A stretch of DNA of 64,000 nt from Myxococcota bacterium (GTDB lineage: Bacteria; Myxococcota_A; SURF-8): NCBI GenBank assembly GCA_965140415.1, contig OZ223209.1:1024001-1088000 (forward strand). The letters are read 5' to 3'. Shown piece after piece: positions 1-10,157 of this stretch. Numbering within the stretch: position 1 is the stretch's first letter; each line of letters opens with the position of its first letter. The notes beneath the pieces are model-generated. The model saw only the letters and a list, made by a program, of their open reading frames with translations. It was not told the DNA's origin and did no database searches. The translations under genes were made by a program, and so were the position numbers.

Positions 1-1
1 G

Positions 2-1276
2 GGCCAGCTAAACAGTTGGACGATCAGTGCCACCTGCGGCACGCCCGATCCGGTGGATGGCGATGACGACGGCAGCACGGCAGTCACGGGTGGAACTTGT
101 GCGCAGCCAACCGGCCTGCGCGGCTTACCTTACCGTGTGGATTCCAACAATTTGAATGTCGAGGCGTTGATCACGCCGCCTGCTTCCTGTACGGGTTGGA
201 CGATGGCTGGACCGGAGCGTGTGTGGGCACTGAATATGATTGCAGAGCAGACGATCACCATCGATGTGGATCCCACCAATTTCGATGCGGGAATTTACGT
301 GCTGCAACCTTGCGATGCCAGCGGGATGTGCTGGGGTAAAGATGAGGGAGAAACCGGTGAACCGGAGCGCCTTGTTTTTACGGCCCCTGAGAACGGCAAG
401 TATTATTTCGTGGTGGACAGTGCCTCCCAAGAACAGGTGGGACGCTTCAATTTGTGGATTCGCGAAGGCGATTTGTCTACACCTGCCAGTTACATCACGG
501 ATGAGCATATGCCTCGCGTTATCCCGGACAATCACCCGCGCGGTGCGACCAGTCGTATCGACGTAACGGAATCGATTGAAGTGGAAAACGTGGCAGTGCG
601 AGTGGATGTCACACACCCGGTGCCGACCGATCTGGAGATAAGCTTCAGTTCGCCGGCAGGAACCACGGTAGTACTGCACAATCATGAGAGCGCGACGGGC
701 GGTATTCATCGCGATTGGACGCTCAACCAGTTTGAAGGTGAACTGTCTACCGGCGAGTGGAGCCTGCGCCTGCTGGATACGTTGGCGGGTGGTGTAGGTA
801 GCCTGGATAACTGGCGCATCGCCTTCGTATCGCAGTCTGCTATTGCAGATGGTGATTTGGATATCGATCCCGATCCCGAGCCGGAAATCGATATCGACCC
901 GGATACCAGCACCAATTGCCCCGTGGATATTTTTGGAAACAACAACTGGGATCACGATCACGCCGCGTTACTTACGCTGCCGGTTTCTTACACGAATTTA
1001 ACGACCTGCTACAACAGCCAGGACTGGTACAAGTTCAACGTCACTTCCGGGCAGCGCATCAGCGCCAACGTGCATTTCGACGATGACTTGGGGGATATCG
1101 ATCTGTACCTGTACCGGGAAGGCAGCTTCAGCACGGCTCTGGAAAGCTCCTCCGGAGTCTCCGACAACGAGTCGATCGGATACACGGTACAGCAGACGGA
1201 TGTCTATTACCTTTGGGTCAAGCTTTACACCACCAATGGCCAGAATAGCTATAGTATGAATATCTCCTTGAATTAA
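2..1276 (+). CDS. 5'-truncated extracellular protein with proprotein-convertase P-domains and pre-peptidase C-terminal (PPC) domains; probably the C-terminal part of a secreted peptidase
   Basis: The frame is open from base 2 (GQLNSWTISA, end of a P-domain). It contains a full P-domain (IPDN..GATS.I.V...V.VDVTHP...DLEI...SPAGT...GEWSLRLLD...GG.GSLDNW) and PPC-like segments (DWYKF.V..GQ.I...DIDLYLY...NESI). Confidence 0.75.
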   Translation, partial: GQLNSWTISATCGTPDPVDGDDDGSTAVTGGTCAQPTGLRGLPYRVDSNNLNVEALITPPASCTGWTMAGPERVWALNMIAEQTITIDVDPTNFDAGIYVLQPCDASGMCWGKDEGETGEPERLVFTAPENGKYYFVVDSASQEQVGRFNLWIREGDLSTPASYITDEHMPRVIPDNHPRGATSRIDVTESIEVENVAVRVDVTHPVPTDLEISFSSPAGTTVVLHNHESATGGIHRDWTLNQFEGELSTGEWSLRLLDTLAGGVGSLDNWRIAFVSQSAIADGDLDIDPDPEPEIDIDPDTSTNCPVDIFGNNNWDHDHAALLTLPVSYTNLTTCYNSQDWYKFNVTSGQRISANVHFDDDLGDIDLYLYREGSFSTALESSSGVSDNESIGYTVQQTDVYYLWVKLYTTNGQNSYSMNISLN

Positions 1277-1327
1277 CTCGTCTATTCTCGTAAATACTTT
1301 TTTTGCCCCATCCCTGAAAAATCCCTT

Positions 1328-1356
1328 TTCTCAGCGTAAGTTTCTTGTGGTATAAT
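1328..1356 (+). promoter_or_regulatory. sigma70-type promoter (extended -10)
   Basis: TTCTCA-N17-TATAAT with TG at -15/-14; AGGAGG RBS at 1401-1406 downstream. Confidence 0.55.
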
Positions 1357-1411
1357 TCCTGAGATGTGTAAGAGCACCTGCGGAAGTTCCTGTATACAAG
1401 AGGAGGGATGG

Positions 1412-3028
1412 ATGAAACGGAATTTTGGATTGATTGCAACCATTGTTGCCATTCTGCTTGTTTTCTCATTTGCGGCAGTGGGATGCGGCAGCGATGACGA
1501 CCCCGTCGACGGTGACACGCCGACCGACGGAGACAATAATCCGGATGGAGATCAAAGCACGGATGGCGATCAGCCGGTTGATGGAGACAGTGACGGCGAT
1601 CAGACGGTGGATGGCGATGCCGATGGTGACCTGGTAGTCGATGGGGATGACGAACAGGAGGTCGTAACCTATCCGATGGGCAGCATTGCCGGAACGGTCA
1701 AAACCAGCGCCGATCTGGCGGCTTTCTCCGGAGAACTACGGCTGTACAACGAAAGCCCCTATGAAACGCATGGCGTGGAACCGATTTCAACCCAGGCGGT
1801 GGCTTTCGATACCGGAAGCACTGAAAAGGAATACAGCTTTACCGATTTGACGGATGGTCAGTACTATTTAATGTTCGTAGTCGATGTGGACGACGATCAG
1901 GAGGCCGCCAACGATTTCATGGCGGTGCATCCAGACCAGGTGAATATCGTGCGCGCCGACAGCGAACAGCGCGATATCACCGGGATCGACATTTATGCCA
2001 ACGTGCAAAACCAGGATTGGGGTTCTGTGGATGGCACTTTGTATCTTACGGCGGAATACGAAGATCGTCCGGTAACCATCGTGGCCGCACAGCAAAAGCC
2101 CGGCGGCGAGTTGGAATTCTGGCCCAGCGCCATTTTCCTGACCGCGCCTGCAACGACACGTCAGCAGGAGCGCAGTTTCTCCCTGATGAACTTGACCGAC
2201 GGCACCTATTTCGTAGTCGCCTTCATCACGTTGGAAGACGATCAGGGGTGGAAAGTCTTCGTGTCGCCTTATCGCTATGAAATTCTGGCCTCGGATTCGA
2301 CCAAGAAAACCTACACCGATCAGCCTTTCTATCCGGGTCAGCAGCATCCCGAATTGGGTTCGATTTCCGGTTTCTTGACGTTGGGCGGAGCCATCGATGG
2401 CGGCTTGACGGGTGTGTATCTCTTCAGCGATCCGGCGAAACCTCTGGAGTCGGCGGTAAGCTGGACCTTCATCGAAAAGAATGATACCGATACCCAGTAC
2501 GCCTATACGGTCAAGAATCTTCACGCACAGACCGGAATTTACATTGCCGGTTTCTATCAGCAACAGGAAAGCTGGCCGTACTCGCTGGCGATCTGGCCGG
2601 ATGAAATTGAAATCGATTTCAACGATCCTTATAAGAAAGACTGGACCGGCGTCAATTTCGATCTGGCCATCACGGCGGTTTCGGGAACCTTGAATTTACC
2701 CAGCACCGGTGCACCGACCGGTTTTAGCACTGTAGCTCGCTTGATTCTGTATTCCATCGCCGATAACGAATATGCCGCCGGAACCGATTTGTTCCTGGGC
2801 AATCCCGAAGACGGGCAGTGGACGGCGGATTTCCTGCTTTACCCGGTGCCTAACGGTGACTGGACGCCCATTCTGATTCCGGACATGAATGGCGACAACG
2901 TGATTGATGGCAACGACGACTGGTGCTATGAGCCAAACGACACCATCACAATCGATGGTACACAGGCCAGCCAGATTCTAAGCTCGCCCATCTTCTTCTA
3001 CTGGAACAAGTGCGTGGACTCGCTGTAA
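1412..3028 (+). CDS. lipoprotein with acidic DGD-repeat linker and about four repeated beta-sandwich (carboxypeptidase-regulatory-like) domains
   Basis: RBS AGGAGG then MKRNF...FAAVG-C lipobox; about 8 DGD motifs; repeated G(S)I.G.(L/V)...Y...nL.DG.Y modules. Confidence 0.75.
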   Translation: MKRNFGLIATIVAILLVFSFAAVGCGSDDDPVDGDTPTDGDNNPDGDQSTDGDQPVDGDSDGDQTVDGDADGDLVVDGDDEQEVVTYPMGSIAGTVKTSADLAAFSGELRLYNESPYETHGVEPISTQAVAFDTGSTEKEYSFTDLTDGQYYLMFVVDVDDDQEAANDFMAVHPDQVNIVRADSEQRDITGIDIYANVQNQDWGSVDGTLYLTAEYEDRPVTIVAAQQKPGGELEFWPSAIFLTAPATTRQQERSFSLMNLTDGTYFVVAFITLEDDQGWKVFVSPYRYEILASDSTKKTYTDQPFYPGQQHPELGSISGFLTLGGAIDGGLTGVYLFSDPAKPLESAVSWTFIEKNDTDTQYAYTVKNLHAQTGIYIAGFYQQQESWPYSLAIWPDEIEIDFNDPYKKDWTGVNFDLAITAVSGTLNLPSTGAPTGFSTVARLILYSIADNEYAAGTDLFLGNPEDGQWTADFLLYPVPNGDWTPILIPDMNGDNVIDGNDDWCYEPNDTITIDGTQASQILSSPIFFYWNKCVDSL

Positions 3029-3054
3029 GTTCAACAGCGTCCGATTCGAATAGC

Positions 3055-3087
3055 AAAGCCCCCGTCGGTTATCGGCGGGGGCTTTTT
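3055..3087 (+). terminator. intrinsic terminator
   Basis: AAAGCCCCCGTCG-GTTAT-CGGCGGGGGCTTTTT directly after the lipoprotein gene. Confidence 0.8.
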
Positions 3088-3157
3088 CGTGCAGGTTGTT
3101 TTATATCCATCCGCAGGTCTGGATCAGTGGCCCCGACACCAATCTGTAGCTAAAACC

Positions 3158-3200
3158 AGGACGACTCCCAAAACGTGGTTGTCTTGGGAGTCGTCCTTTT
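3158..3200. terminator. hairpin / bidirectional terminator between convergent genes
   Basis: Perfect 14-bp stem AGGACGACTCCCAA/TTGGGAGTCGTCCT with T-runs on both sides. A third hairpin, AAAAGTTG-CGTA-CAACTTTT, lies at 3245-3264. Confidence 0.65.
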
Positions 3201-3286
3201 ATATTTAACCCGCAACCTCAAGCCTGCGACGGATTCCGGTTTTCAAAAGTTGCGTACAACTTTTCGCAAGCTAGCGATGCTCCATG

Positions 3287-6200
3287 CTACATCACTTCAT
3301 TTACCGTAATCACCTGACTTTGCTGTTCGCTCTTGTTTTCCGGATTGTAATACGGATACACACAGGCTTCTCCGGAAGAAGCATCCATCGGCCAGCGGGC
3401 CAGCAATTCGTATCCAATCGTTACTTGTCCACCGGAAGCGATTTCATTGATGTAAAAGAGAATCTGGTGCGGTGTGGTTTCGTAACGGGTCAATACGCCG
3501 CCTTGACTGATGCGTTCGTCCAATGCGGTCGAAACCAGGTCGAATCCGGGGGGAAGGCCGACAGAAGCCAGCACCATGGCAACATTCGACTCGCTGACAT
3601 TGTCGATCGTCACCGTTACACCAAGCAGGTCGTTGACTTCCAAAGAGGTCCGATCGTAGGCGACATCGATGGTCAACGGTCCCTGCTCATCGGGAATCTC
3701 TTCTCCCGGTTCATACCAGCTCGCCGTTGCCTGGTACATCAAACGCCCGCTACCTCCAAAGTCGATATCGATCTGGTTGTCTCCCGGAACCACCTGCTCT
3801 CCCAGATCCACCAGGCGCATCAGATCGATGGTATCCGAGGTGACCACAAGCTCCGTTTCCGTGCCGCCATTTGCCGAAACCGTAATTACGGCATCCGCAC
3901 TTTCCAGTCGACTGCCCATCGAAGCGATCATCAGTCGTAATGCCAGCACGGTGCCTTGTGTGGTGGACCAGTTGCCGAACGAATCTTTCTGGCGAACCAG
4001 CCAATTGATAATTCCGTTTACCACATCCTGATTCAGACCATCTTCCAGCAGCATCAGTCCGATCAAGGCCGTGGTTTCCAGTACCGCATTCGGACCGGTG
4101 CTGTAGGTTTCCGTTGCGGCATCCTGCGTCCAGAAATAGCCGTCGCTTTCGTCTTGTTGCTTGGCGTTGACAATCGATGTGATCAGCGAACGCAGGGAAC
4201 CGTTCTGCTCGTATCCGGCAGATACCAGCGCCATGGCGACCATCGCCTGCGTGTAGGTATCTTCCGCTTCGTCGATATGACTCAGCAGGAAATTCGCCGC
4301 AGAAGAAACCGCAGAAGCTTGCAAACCGGAGCGAGACAGCGCCCAGGTGACATATGCTGTCGTGCGCAACACGGAGCCCTGATAGTTATTGATTGCGCCT
4401 TCCGAAATGCCGCCGGAGGATGGCGGAATGGAACCGTCGGATGACTGCTTCTGCGCCAGCCACGCTGCCGTTCGAGGAATCAAATTGGCATCGATCGCAT
4501 GGACCTTCGCCATATCGATGAATTCCATCAATCCGTAGCAGGTGAGCACGGTGTGAGCCGGTGTATTTCCAAACCACTCGAAGCCGCCGCCATCCACTTC
4601 GAAGGTCAGTAGGCGTTGATAGCCCTGGGAAATGTAATCCCTGGCTTTCAATTCGATTTCCGGCGTGAGTTGATCGGTTTCAACCAGATACTGAAGCACC
4701 AGGATATTCGGGTAGGTCGAGGAAGACGTCTGCTCGAAGCAGCCGCCCGGCATCCGAAGCATCGAATCCAGTCCTTCGACCGCCTGCGACAGCAAACCCG
4801 GGAAGATTTTGACGAACAGACTTTCCGAGTCTTCAATGGCGCGATCCGGGATGGTCAGTTGCAGCGAAAGCGATTCTTCCAGCCAGTCGCTTTGCGAGGC
4901 AGTGCGCTCTACGCCGTCCGGGCGAACGGTGACCTGGCGTTGTACGGCATCCTGCATTTCCGTTCCTTCCGCCCAGAGCGTCATGGACTGCTGCCCGATT
5001 TTCAGCACTCGAATCGGGAAATAGATACCCACGACCTGATTGGCGCCGACTTCAACGGATTTGCTCAGCCCGTCCAATGGTTCGAACCAGTCTTCCGCTT
5101 CCGCCATCAGTTGAATGGTCTGACTCTGCGGCAGATAGTTGTAAATCGCCAGCGGCAGATACACTTCATCGTTTTGCGTCAAGAAAGTCGGGAAATCGAT
5201 ATCGACGAAGAAGTCCTGGAATACGAGAATGCCATCGGTCATGCTGCCCAGTTGGCCGTCTGTGGTGTTGGCCAGCGCTGTGAGTCGCCAGGTGGTGATG
5301 GAATCCGGCATCGTTACGGACAGATCGACCGTTCCATCCGAAGCCGTGATCAGGTTCGGTTCCACCAATAAGGTTTCCGGGAACCAGGAGCGCAGATGTG
5401 TGCTTGCAGTGGTGCCATTGCCGGAATCGTAATCGCCGTCTGCGCAAGCATCACCATCCGTCACCCATGAATCGCCGTCTGCCGTGTTGTAATAGTCCTC
5501 GCAGAATTCATGCGTTACCTGGATGTCGTATTCCGTGCCAAACACTTCGTCCGGTCCGGCGCTTAACGCCTTGACCTGAACCGCCCATCCCCGGTTGTAA
5601 AAATCCCACTTGATCGGATTGCCCCAGGGATCACATGCGGAACAATCCGATAACGACTCCACCAAAGCATCGACATCCAGGTTCGACGGAGTGCAGGATT
5701 CACCTACCTGCTGAGCGATCAGTTTGCGTACCAGTCGCGATACGGTACTTGAACAGACATTATTGAAATTAATTCTAACCCTTTCAAAGCTATCCATATT
5801 CACGGCATAGGTCTGCGCGGTTCCGTTAGCCGCAAAATAGGCCTGCGCCCGCTGATCCAGATCGTCCTGCTCTTCCGGGTCTTCCGGTTCGCCGCCATAC
5901 AGATCGCTCGGACTGAAGCCGTGGATCTCGTAGGTTGGATTCATGATTTCCTGTTCGAGTTGAAAATAGGTGCGTTCCATTCCCGGCTGGTATTCCTGCA
6001 ACGCAAAGACCGCCTCGTCCACGATGGTGACACCCAGTCCCGCCTGGACCGGATCGCCGTTCAAATCTTCCACCTGCATCGTGATCTGCGCCTCTTCCCG
6101 TGGCCGGTATTGGCTTTGCGAAGTCGCCATGCTGACCGAGAGATCGGAAGCCTGGCGCACGTAAATCACACGGGAATCGCGGATAATCTGACCTTCCGGT

Positions 6201-8242
6201 GTCAGGTAATACGCATACAGTTCCATGGGACCGGCCAAATCGGGAGAGAGATCGAGGTTGCCCATACCGTGACCGTCCTGCAATTCAACAGTGCTCATCA
6301 GCATTGTCTGGCCATTTACAATCACATCCAGGTAGATCCGGTCGGGCAGCAATTCCGGTTGTGTCAGGTCCGGTCGATTGGCGACGATGATTTCCGGTCG
6401 AATCGTTTCTCCGACATCGTAAATCGCTTTCAATAAACGCATCATGACGTAGCTGTTGGCCATTTCCGCTTCGAAGGAGAAAGATCGATTCAAGGCATAT
6501 CCCGCCACCGTTGCTTTCACTTGAATCGATGTATTCACATTTTCAGGAGTGTATTCGAACACCGCCATCCCAAGTGCACCGACTTCGACCTCGAATTCAT
6601 TCGAATCCGCAGAAATGGTGCAGGTCGCCGAAAGTGGTCTACCTGCCGGATCGGATAGCAGCAGGAAAAATCGCTGCGATTCTCCCTGAATGATACGGCC
6701 TGCTTCCGGTACCAGGTTTACCATTACCGGTTCGGCCACAACCTGAACCGAACGATTGAGAACCTGGCTGTGCATGGCGGCATCCGTTACCGAGATTTCC
6801 AGAAAAACGCGCGCCTTTCCCTGATCCAGTTCGCTGCCGACGAAATATGCGGGTAGATCGAGTTGGAAGGAGTAGGAGCCGTTTTCGTCCATCGTGCCGT
6901 CGATGGTGGTGAAATCCACCATTTCCACATCGTACTTACGCGCCACGATGTGTACCTTGCCGGAAGAAACCGGTTTTCCGTAGAAATATTCGGACGAAAT
7001 CGTTCCGGTCAGCCTTTCGCCCGGTTGGTAAAAACTTTTATCGGCGTTAAACGCGATTTTGAATCGAGGCAGGGTGTAGTTATCGACGGTTACGGTTTTT
7101 TCAGAAAGGATCGTTCCGGAGTTGCCCTGTATGTAGGCCCTGATCGTGTACTTTCCTAAATCAACCAACTCGGCAAGGCGGAAACTGGTTGCCGCCACAC
7201 CGTATTCACTGGTTTGTTGGGTGTCTCTGAACAGCTTGTTTCCCTTGCTGTCTACGATTTCAATAGTTATATCCTGATTGCTTAACGGCAACTGATGGGG
7301 CACCTTCAATGCCAGAGTGCGGACGTGCATCGTCTGTCCGGGTTGATAGAAAGGCTTATCCGTAGTAACCAGGATCCGGCTTTCGCGAACCACGATTACA
7401 GGTGCGGACAAGGTCTGCTGACCATGGCTATCCGAATCCACTACGATATTGAGCGTATATTGCCCATCCAGTTCCGAGGGCACATCGAGAGGCACGGTTG
7501 CAATGCCGAATGAATCCGTTTGCACGGTCATCGACTGCAATATGGAATTCCCTTCTTTCAACTCGACAGCGACCGATACATCGGCCATGGGTTGCTGGGT
7601 ATCCGGATCTTGTGCAAGAATTCGGTAAACGGTCTGTTCGCCTTCCAACAGATTATCGGACCCCATCGCCTTTGCCTGAATTTTGGGTGCGAGCATGAAA
7701 TAGGATACCTTGCCGGAAAGTACGACATCTCCCCAACTCGCCTCATAAGCCAGCAGGTAGCTTTCGATTTCCTCCGGTAATGTAGGACAAGCGCCGAGTT
7801 CGACCATGACCTTCTGTTCGCCGCGTTGAATCTCATAACTCATCGCGCTTGAACGATTCGCCAGTTCATCGCCGTTCAAATCCAGAAATGTCGTTTCGAT
7901 TCGGATTGTTTGCTTGGATTTGTTTTCCATACCGATGGGCATTTTCAGGTAACATTGCTCATTGTCCATCGCCAGTTCGAAACGGCTTTCATAAATGGTG
8001 ATGTCTTCTGCCGTCGGGTCAAGGATTTCCGGTGTGTCGCTGATGTGAGGTAGATCCGGGTTGCTGTGAATGTCCGGATTCCCATCGCCATCGCTTCCAT
8101 GGACATTGACCCAATCGCCATCGCTGCTGTCGCCATCGGGTAACAGGTAATCCGACGGCGAATCATCCGCGCAAGCCGGTAAGAAAAATAGCAGCACAAA
8201 AACGGTATATACAATTGCTTTCATTTTACTGGGTGTCTGCAT
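3287..8242 (-). CDS. alpha-2-macroglobulin family lipoprotein with intact thioester motif
   Basis: Lipobox FLPA-C; MG domains (TDKPFYQPGQ); LRSWFPETLL; PDSITTW; thioester GCFEQ at 4730-4744; alpha-alpha barrel (GYQRLLTF, STTQGTVLAL); C-terminal receptor-binding domain. RBS GGAGGG supports the start at 8242. Confidence 0.92.
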   Translation of the reverse strand: MQTPSKMKAIVYTVFVLLFFLPACADDSPSDYLLPDGDSSDGDWVNVHGSDGDGNPDIHSNPDLPHISDTPEILDPTAEDITIYESRFELAMDNEQCYLKMPIGMENKSKQTIRIETTFLDLNGDELANRSSAMSYEIQRGEQKVMVELGACPTLPEEIESYLLAYEASWGDVVLSGKVSYFMLAPKIQAKAMGSDNLLEGEQTVYRILAQDPDTQQPMADVSVAVELKEGNSILQSMTVQTDSFGIATVPLDVPSELDGQYTLNIVVDSDSHGQQTLSAPVIVVRESRILVTTDKPFYQPGQTMHVRTLALKVPHQLPLSNQDITIEIVDSKGNKLFRDTQQTSEYGVAATSFRLAELVDLGKYTIRAYIQGNSGTILSEKTVTVDNYTLPRFKIAFNADKSFYQPGERLTGTISSEYFYGKPVSSGKVHIVARKYDVEMVDFTTIDGTMDENGSYSFQLDLPAYFVGSELDQGKARVFLEISVTDAAMHSQVLNRSVQVVAEPVMVNLVPEAGRIIQGESQRFFLLLSDPAGRPLSATCTISADSNEFEVEVGALGMAVFEYTPENVNTSIQVKATVAGYALNRSFSFEAEMANSYVMMRLLKAIYDVGETIRPEIIVANRPDLTQPELLPDRIYLDVIVNGQTMLMSTVELQDGHGMGNLDLSPDLAGPMELYAYYLTPEGQIIRDSRVIYVRQASDLSVSMATSQSQYRPREEAQITMQVEDLNGDPVQAGLGVTIVDEAVFALQEYQPGMERTYFQLEQEIMNPTYEIHGFSPSDLYGGEPEDPEEQDDLDQRAQAYFAANGTAQTYAVNMDSFERVRINFNNVCSSTVSRLVRKLIAQQVGESCTPSNLDVDALVESLSDCSACDPWGNPIKWDFYNRGWAVQVKALSAGPDEVFGTEYDIQVTHEFCEDYYNTADGDSWVTDGDACADGDYDSGNGTTASTHLRSWFPETLLVEPNLITASDGTVDLSVTMPDSITTWRLTALANTTDGQLGSMTDGILVFQDFFVDIDFPTFLTQNDEVYLPLAIYNYLPQSQTIQLMAEAEDWFEPLDGLSKSVEVGANQVVGIYFPIRVLKIGQQSMTLWAEGTEMQDAVQRQVTVRPDGVERTASQSDWLEESLSLQLTIPDRAIEDSESLFVKIFPGLLSQAVEGLDSMLRMPGGCFEQTSSSTYPNILVLQYLVETDQLTPEIELKARDYISQGYQRLLTFEVDGGGFEWFGNTPAHTVLTCYGLMEFIDMAKVHAIDANLIPRTAAWLAQKQSSDGSIPPSSGGISEGAINNYQGSVLRTTAYVTWALSRSGLQASAVSSAANFLLSHIDEAEDTYTQAMVAMALVSAGYEQNGSLRSLITSIVNAKQQDESDGYFWTQDAATETYSTGPNAVLETTALIGLMLLEDGLNQDVVNGIINWLVRQKDSFGNWSTTQGTVLALRLMIASMGSRLESADAVITVSANGGTETELVVTSDTIDLMRLVDLGEQVVPGDNQIDIDFGGSGRLMYQATASWYEPGEEIPDEQGPLTIDVAYDRTSLEVNDLLGVTVTIDNVSESNVAMVLASVGLPPGFDLVSTALDERISQGGVLTRYETTPHQILFYINEIASGGQVTIGYELLARWPMDASSGEACVYPYYNPENKSEQQSQVITVNEVM

Positions 8243-8756
8243 GGCTCCCTCCTGCCAGAAAATGGTTAGATATCCAAAGTCCTTTGAAAGCGAGGTCACC
8301 TACACACCTCGACCCTCAGCGATGTTCGTTCTACCGACATATATTTCAGACTGTCGTGTTCATCTCAGTTCTTACTGGATACTTTGCAAGTCTTGCGCCA
8401 AAAGGATGTGTATGAGAAAAACGTATTGATATTAGTGTAATAAAAGGTTTGTCCTGTGATTCGGAAAAGCGCGAGTATGACAATAATGTCACTTGTAGGT
8501 ATTGGTCACGACAGAAGTGTCATTCTTTTTCACTGTTTCGTAGACAGCTTAGATCCGTTTTCTTTAACGATTGTTTCTGCCCTTGGAAGACGAAAAGCCG
8601 CCTTTCTCATGCTGGCCGATTATCGATACGGTCATGAGACGAATTCATTATTATATCTAATAAGTTAGCTCATCTCGCCGCATTTTTGCCGGTTAGCCGT
8701 GGCATGAAATTCGAGACGGGGGCTTTGTCCGTTTTCGGTTAGGAATTGCCTGACTA

Positions 8757-8784
8757 TTGACATTGGGGAAAATTGCGGTATAAC
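8757..8784 (+). promoter_or_regulatory. sigma70-type promoter
   Basis: TTGACA-N16-TATAAC about 230 bp upstream of the thiolase gene. Confidence 0.55.
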
Positions 8785-9013
8785 TCGAATAGTTAACGAT
8801 CCGCAGCAAGCCTGCCGGACTGTATGGGACCGCTTCGTGAGGATAGCCGACCAACGGACACCTCGCTTACCAACTTTCAACCATCACGGAAACCGGACAC
8901 CGCCTGGTGGTCAACGGTGTGTTTCCGTAGTACGACTCATGTTGGCGCTCGCGCAGGTAGTAAACGAATAAACGAGTACATGGGGAAATCGAAGTAGCAG
9001 TAAGGAGCCGATT

Positions 9014-10069
9014 ATGGAAGTAGCCTCGAAAATCATCGGACTGGGAGCGTACATTCCCGAACGTGAAATCACGAACGACGACGTTTTGCAGATGTTGAAA
9101 GATCACAGCGCCGCCTATATGCACAATGGCGATCTTGAAGCGCTGATGGGTAAAGCTGCCGCCACATTGAATAAGGCCGGCAATGTCACTCGTTATTGGT
9201 GCCGACCCGATCAATACACCACCGACATCGCCCGTATCGCTTCCGAGCGCGCCATGGAACATGCCGGAATCGCTGCGGATGAAATCGATCTGATCATTTA
9301 TACCGGCATGAGCAAGGCATTTGTCGAACCGGCTACCGCGCACGTGCTGCGCGACGAGTTGAAAGCCTATAACGCCAATGTTATCGATACTCAGGACGCC
9401 TGCACCAGCGTGATGAAGTCGGCTCAGATTGCCGATGCACTGATCAAGACCGGCGCGTATCGCACCGTATTGATTGCCGTAGGCGAGCGCAGCTTCGACT
9501 GGGCGGATTTCCGCTGTAAAACGATAGAGGAATTGAGCTGGAAAATCGGTGCGTTGACCATTGGTGACGCAGCCGGGGCGGTGATTATGCAGCGCACCGA
9601 AGAGGCGGTATACTGTGAGAATCCCAAGCATATGCAGTTCTACTCGCATATTATGCCCGGCACGTTTGCAACCTGCCACATCGGCTTGAATCATCGTATT
9701 GGCGACCGCTACCGCTTGTATTCCCACGCCAGTAACCTGGTACGCACCGGTTTGACGGCCATTCTGGAACTGCTGCCGGAAGTGTTGAATCAGCCGGGTT
9801 GGGAAAATCTGACATACGAAAACCTGTTTATTCACGATATCGGAAAGATCATCGATATCCTGGTGTTGCCTGCTTTGAAAGAAGCCCAGGTGCATATCCC
9901 GGATACCTATAAATCCTTCTACGACCGGTACGGCAATGTCGGCAGTGCCAGTATTTCCGTGCAGTTATGGGAGGCCATGAAAGACGGGCGCATGCAGCGC
10001 GGTAATTTGTCGGCCTGCATTTTCCCGGCGGCGGGTGTCCAGGCAGGGATCTGGATGTTCGTATACTAA
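9014..10069 (+). CDS. 3-oxoacyl-ACP synthase III family protein, OleA-like thiolase
   Basis: GLGAYIPE N-terminus, EPATA (OleA-type Glu), DAC catalytic Cys, GDAAGA, IHD, YGNVGSASI; RBS AAGGAG. Confidence 0.85.
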   Translation: MEVASKIIGLGAYIPEREITNDDVLQMLKDHSAAYMHNGDLEALMGKAAATLNKAGNVTRYWCRPDQYTTDIARIASERAMEHAGIAADEIDLIIYTGMSKAFVEPATAHVLRDELKAYNANVIDTQDACTSVMKSAQIADALIKTGAYRTVLIAVGERSFDWADFRCKTIEELSWKIGALTIGDAAGAVIMQRTEEAVYCENPKHMQFYSHIMPGTFATCHIGLNHRIGDRYRLYSHASNLVRTGLTAILELLPEVLNQPGWENLTYENLFIHDIGKIIDILVLPALKEAQVHIPDTYKSFYDRYGNVGSASISVQLWEAMKDGRMQRGNLSACIFPAAGVQAGIWMFVY

Positions 10070-10157
10070 AGTATCGAGTTTTACTTGATTTTCATACGGC
10101 GGGGCGGGTGCTGATCCGCTCCGCTTTTTCATTCCTTCACACACCGAAAGGACGCCC

